Below, in pieces: positions 60,273 through 64,000 of a stretch of 64,000 nucleotides of DNA. The stretch is from NCBI GenBank assembly GCA_964248365.1, contig CAXTYC010000019.1, positions 1 to 64,000 on the forward strand. Reading direction: 5' to 3'. A program made the translations under genes and the position numbers. The stretch's first letter is position 1, and the number at the start of each line of letters is the position of its first letter. Below the pieces are notes generated by a model. The model was not told the origin of the DNA. It searched no databases and was given only the letters and a program-made list of their open reading frames with translations. The stretch is from an uncultured Chroococcidiopsis sp. Its GTDB lineage: Bacteria > Cyanobacteriota > Cyanobacteriia > Cyanobacteriales > Chroococcidiopsidaceae.

Positions 60273-61013
60273 ATGTCCAGCTTGCAAAATATACAGGTTC
60301 AGCCAGAGCAAATTATAGAATTTTTGCAGAAAAATATACGTTACAAAGAAATATATCAAGAAACTTTGTATCAGCAAGTGATTACTCAAGCTGCTGGGGA
60401 GAGAGGGATAACTGTCACTGATGAAGAAATTCAGGCAGAAGCAGATCGCCAACGTCTTGAAAAGCGGCTAGAGAAAGCTGCGGATACGTTGGCATGGCTA
60501 ACAGAGCAGATGATAACTCCAGATGATTGGGAGGCAGGAATTCGTGATAAAATTTTGGCTAAGAAACTAGCTAACCATTTATTTGCCCAAGAAGTAGAAA
60601 AATTTTTTAATCAAAATAGGCTTGATTTTGATCGAGTCTTACTCTATTCTTTTGTTGTTACCGATCAACAGCTTGCTCAAGAAATTTTCTATCAAATTGA
60701 AGACAAGGAAATCACCTTTTACGAAGCTGCTCATTTGTATGACATTGACAAGAAGCGCAGACTTCAATGCGGTTACGAGGGAGAGCTTTATCGTTGGAGC
60801 TTAAAGCCAGATATAGCAGCAGTTGTATTTAGTGGCAGACTAGGAGAAGTGTTTGGTCCCTTTAGTACCGAGCAAGGATTCCATCTGTTGATGGTTGAAG
60901 AGTTTATTCCGGCTGAATTAACACCCCAAAGGTATCAAGAAATTCTTGATAGGGTATTTCAAGAATGGCTGGTTAATGAACTCAACTATTTACTCTATAA
61001 TCAAGTCAGTTGA
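60273..61013 (+). CDS. PpiC/SurA-type peptidyl-prolyl isomerase-like protein associated with peptide-export clusters
   Basis: ITVTDEEIQAEAD, AQEIFYQIED.EITFYEAAHLY and GPFSTEQGFHLLMV. Confidence 0.87.
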   Translation: MSSLQNIQVQPEQIIEFLQKNIRYKEIYQETLYQQVITQAAGERGITVTDEEIQAEADRQRLEKRLEKAADTLAWLTEQMITPDDWEAGIRDKILAKKLANHLFAQEVEKFFNQNRLDFDRVLLYSFVVTDQQLAQEIFYQIEDKEITFYEAAHLYDIDKKRRLQCGYEGELYRWSLKPDIAAVVFSGRLGEVFGPFSTEQGFHLLMVEEFIPAELTPQRYQEILDRVFQEWLVNELNYLLYNQVS

Positions 61014-61103
61014 TATAATTTTTTAAATAGTCGTCTATTAGTGCGATCGTAGGAGCGGTTATATATATTGCGATCGCACAAGAGTTAAGGGAGAATCTTA
61101 GTA

Positions 61104-61289
61104 ATGAACTACTCTAAAGTCTTTGTCAAACGCACATCACAAGATGGAGAGGTTGTTACACAAGCAAAAAGTGTGGTAGTTACTTCTGGTAACTCACAAT
61201 GCACAGTGAGTCAAACCGTTACTGTTGAATCCTCGGAAAATAGTTATAGCAGTAGCTCAACATCTAGCTCTACTACTGTAAGTATATAG
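61104..61289 (+). CDS. Small Ser/Thr/Val-rich hypothetical protein (61 aa)
   Basis: RBS AAGGGAG; VSQTVTVESS and a poly-Ser tail; no GG leader. Confidence 0.65.
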   Translation: MNYSKVFVKRTSQDGEVVTQAKSVVVTSGNSQCTVSQTVTVESSENSYSSSSTSSSTTVSI

Positions 61290-61300
61290 TAGATAATTTA

Positions 61301-61418
61301 GTAGGGTGGGCATTGCCCACCATGATCAAAAGGAGTAGGCAATGCCCTAAATCATTGGTGAACAGTGAGCATTGCCCACCATTATCAAATATCAAATTGG
61401 TGGGCATGGGTGGCATAC
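61301..61418. repeat. Cluster of REP-like GTAGGGTGGGCATTGCCCAC palindromes
   Basis: Four degenerate copies between convergent genes. Confidence 0.75.
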
Positions 61419-61435
61419 TAGGGTAATCTTTCAGC

Positions 61436-62278
61436 TCACCTTGAGCTAAAACCTTTTCTTTTCATTTTATACCCCATACCCATTACCCATAAGAGTGAAC
61501 CTAAGATAGTTGAAGGTTCAGGAACACTAGCGCTTTCCTGTGCATTAACTTCGGCATAATTTGTCTTAACTTCTACTAAAGTTAGATTGGTTAAGACATC
61601 AAAAGTACGTGAAAAAATCCCCCCTGTTGATGCTTGAGCAATTTCTTGCTGATTTCCAAAACTAGTTTCTAAAGTAGTTTTCCTTAGATTCAAGGTGAAG
61701 CCGTTACTAGTTTTGTAATTAAGATAATCATTGTTACCCATAGTGGCTAAATTACCCTTGAGGGTAAAGGAATCCAAGTAAATCCAATTATCCTGATTAG
61801 AGGTTTCATACAACTTTAAAGAGATATCACCAGTAGCATTTGCAGCTTCAAATTTGGGGTTGTCTATTGATGTAGCTAGGTTTAAGCCAGCGTTGAAGTT
61901 GAAAGAGAAAGTTTCACCACTATTTACACGAAAGTTATAGCCTACAACGGCGGCTTTACTTTGTGCTAAACCAGAGTATTCGCTACCATTTCCATTAGTT
62001 CTACTAAAGGATGAATTGTCAGCATAAAATGGAGTGTCTACGACGATTAAATCATTTACTGCTGAAGCCGTAACCGTTCCATTACTAGCAAATGTGTCAG
62101 CATAAGTCTCAGCCAGAATCAAAACATCTGAAGGATCGTGACTAAAGTTACCAATTTGTACTATTGACTGGGAATTACCTAAAGTAGCAGCTAGAAGGGG
62201 TGAAGTAGTTAAACCTAAAGCAAGCGGTGCTATAGGAGTAATTAGTAATAAAAAACTCTTAGCATTGATATTTTGCAC
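61436..62278 (-). CDS. PEP-CTERM sorting-domain surface protein
   Basis: Signal peptide; C-terminal VPEPSTILG, then a TM segment and KMKRK. Confidence 0.9.
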   Translation of the reverse strand: MQNINAKSFLLLITPIAPLALGLTTSPLLAATLGNSQSIVQIGNFSHDPSDVLILAETYADTFASNGTVTASAVNDLIVVDTPFYADNSSFSRTNGNGSEYSGLAQSKAAVVGYNFRVNSGETFSFNFNAGLNLATSIDNPKFEAANATGDISLKLYETSNQDNWIYLDSFTLKGNLATMGNNDYLNYKTSNGFTLNLRKTTLETSFGNQQEIAQASTGGIFSRTFDVLTNLTLVEVKTNYAEVNAQESASVPEPSTILGSLLWVMGMGYKMKRKGFSSR

Positions 62279-62446
62279 TACAAAAATTCTCCTTGTATTT
62301 ATTTATAAGCCAGTCTGGCTAATTAGCTTCAACTATTAGCTCAAAGAAAGCAACTTAAAGGTTGCATGATTATTAACCCAACTCTTTTTTTGAGCAAGTG
62401 TCTTTAAAAATTAAGGCTGTAAAATTATGTATTAAAAATAAATTCA

Positions 62447-62609
62447 CATATTGCACCAGTTTCAATAACCGCCCCTTACTCCTTTTTTGGGCTAATAGCT
62501 CAAGTCCATTGAAATGGACTGCAACCCAATGTTAGTCTTTTTAAGAAGACTTTGGCTTGAGAGCCTGTTAATTAATTAGCAGGCGGACTAAGGAATAGGT
62601 GCAAGATCT
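62447..62609. mobile_element. MITE-like element, ends CATATTGCACC / GGTGCAAGATCT, with internal hairpins
   Basis: Terminal inverted repeats; internal AGTCCATTGAAATGGACT, AGTCTTTTTAAGAAGACT and GCCTG...CAGGC hairpins. Confidence 0.6.
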
Positions 62610-62942
62610 AAGATAAATAGATGGTGCAAATGTTGGCAGTGTAGCTCCACTACCAAGTGATTAATTATACGAAACACATAAATATCAATATATAAGACCT
62701 GAGAAGATACTTGCAGATCTATACTTTTAAAATCTGCAAACACGATGGTTACAACGCACGGTATACAATGTATATCTTAGGGTAAATTTGATAACTTTTA
62801 GTTTACGACCACTTTCAGGTTATTCAGTATTAAACTACTTAATAAAGATTTATCGTTACAAACTATTTTATGTTAAAAATAACACTATTAACATAAAAAA
62901 TACGTAAATTTACTGATATTTATTGGAAGGATTTATGAAGCT

Positions 62943-62981
62943 TGCAAGGTAGGGTGCGGTTATTAACACACCCTACCTTGC
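62943..62981 (-). terminator. Hairpin right after the HAD gene stop (terminator or REP-like)
   Basis: GCAAGGTAGGGTG...CACCCTACCTTGC, 13-bp stem. Confidence 0.55.
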
Positions 62982-63668
62982 TTATGCTTTGGCAATGGCT
63001 GATTTTGCTAGGGGTGAATTGTCATACTGAGCTAGCAGATCTGCTGGATCGTCATAGATAGCGATCGCATCCTTCAGTTGACTATCATCAAAGCCACCAC
63101 AACGAACAGCAATTACACCAACTCCAGCCTTGGCAGCCGACTCGATATCATAAGGCGTATCACCCAGCATCAGCACCTCGTCGGGTTGCAGCCCAATCTT
63201 GCCTAATGCAGCTTCTACCAAATCCGGTTCTGGTTTCGATTTTTCGGCATCGCTGGAGGTGGTTGCATCATCCTGACTCAGCAGATCGTCAACAGAGGCG
63301 GCTTTTAGCAACACTGAAAGTTCTTGACTCGTCGCTGAACTGGCAATGAGCAACCGTAACCCCTCACCCTGCATCTTCTGTATCAATTCCCGTGCGCCCT
63401 TTGCTGGGGCTAGATTTGAGCCAAATTTGTTGATAATCAATTCTTTGCGGCGATCAGCAATTTCTTTGCCCTTCCCTTCGTTACCAGAAAGTCCAGGCGC
63501 GAACTTAGGCACAATCTGATCGCCCCCCATACCAATCAAAGATCGCACATCTTCAAACTTAACCTCGTAGCCAAATGCTGCAAATGCTTCTACCCAAGCT
63601 TGGGCGTGGGCATCATTGCTCAAAACAAGTGTCCCATCTACATCCAAAAGCACACCCTGTAATGCCAT
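62982..63668 (-). CDS. HAD-superfamily hydrolase
   Basis: DVDGTL, ASS, KPEPD and GDTPYD motifs I-IV. Confidence 0.93.
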   Translation of the reverse strand: MALQGVLLDVDGTLVLSNDAHAQAWVEAFAAFGYEVKFEDVRSLIGMGGDQIVPKFAPGLSGNEGKGKEIADRRKELIINKFGSNLAPAKGARELIQKMQGEGLRLLIASSATSQELSVLLKAASVDDLLSQDDATTSSDAEKSKPEPDLVEAALGKIGLQPDEVLMLGDTPYDIESAAKAGVGVIAVRCGGFDDSQLKDAIAIYDDPADLLAQYDNSPLAKSAIAKA

Positions 63669-64000
63669 TAAAAACCCCTGTAGCTCAGTTTTATTGACAA
63701 TTAATAATTCGGAATTCCAAATTATTATTCATTACTCTACCCTACCCAGAAGCTGATGTAATTACCTCTTCCGCAGTTGTTATTTCTAATGGCAGAATTC
63801 TTGTAAAAGACAATAGGGGCAGGTTATGCGAAATCTTCAATTTCAACAAATATCCCTGCAAAACCCGCCCCTATTTTAATATTTTCAATTTTGAGCATTT
63901 ATTTATAAAAGTTTATTTATAAAAAATTAAGGCTCACTCCAAAAGAAAGTGAGCCTTATTACCTATGGCTGAATAGCACCATTATTTGCTACCACCAAAC

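Overview
Cyanobacterial chromosome segment, judged from dense HIP1 octamers (GCGATCGC), short tandem repeats, REP-like palindromes, kaiABC, psbP and pcyA. The left edge (1-3201) is the tnsB-proximal end of a decayed Tn7-like element of the type V-K CAST/Tn5053 kind. Its tnsB, tnsC and tniQ are all broken, its end with five TnsB sites is intact, and it carries a truncated hsdM; no cas12k or CRISPR array is in view. Next come kaiABC (with a short KaiA) and a divergent multi-receiver histidine kinase. About 40 kb of mostly housekeeping genes follow: GT39s, CIA30, Ser/Thr kinase, pgk, ylqF, psbP, maf, pcyA, TetR-DevBCA, moeB/JAB, hisZ, ferredoxins, tRNA-Ser(GGA) and pit. The most striking locus is 50.3-62.3 kb. 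It holds a cNMP-domain C39-peptidase ABC exporter, HlyD, a HetP-family protein whose C-terminus mimics the export leader, and seven double-glycine-leader peptides, five of them in a recent 363-384 bp tandem array with curlin-like N/Q/A/T/V cores. A PPIase, a Ser-rich small protein and a PEP-CTERM protein complete it, and no modification enzymes are present. This is a candidate type I-secreted functional-amyloid/matrix system. Also seen: a tnpB-less IS605-type mini-element, a MITE family, an IS5 relic, an unannotated 56-aa zinc-finger ORF and several candidate operators. All assignments come from motif recognition, not database searches.
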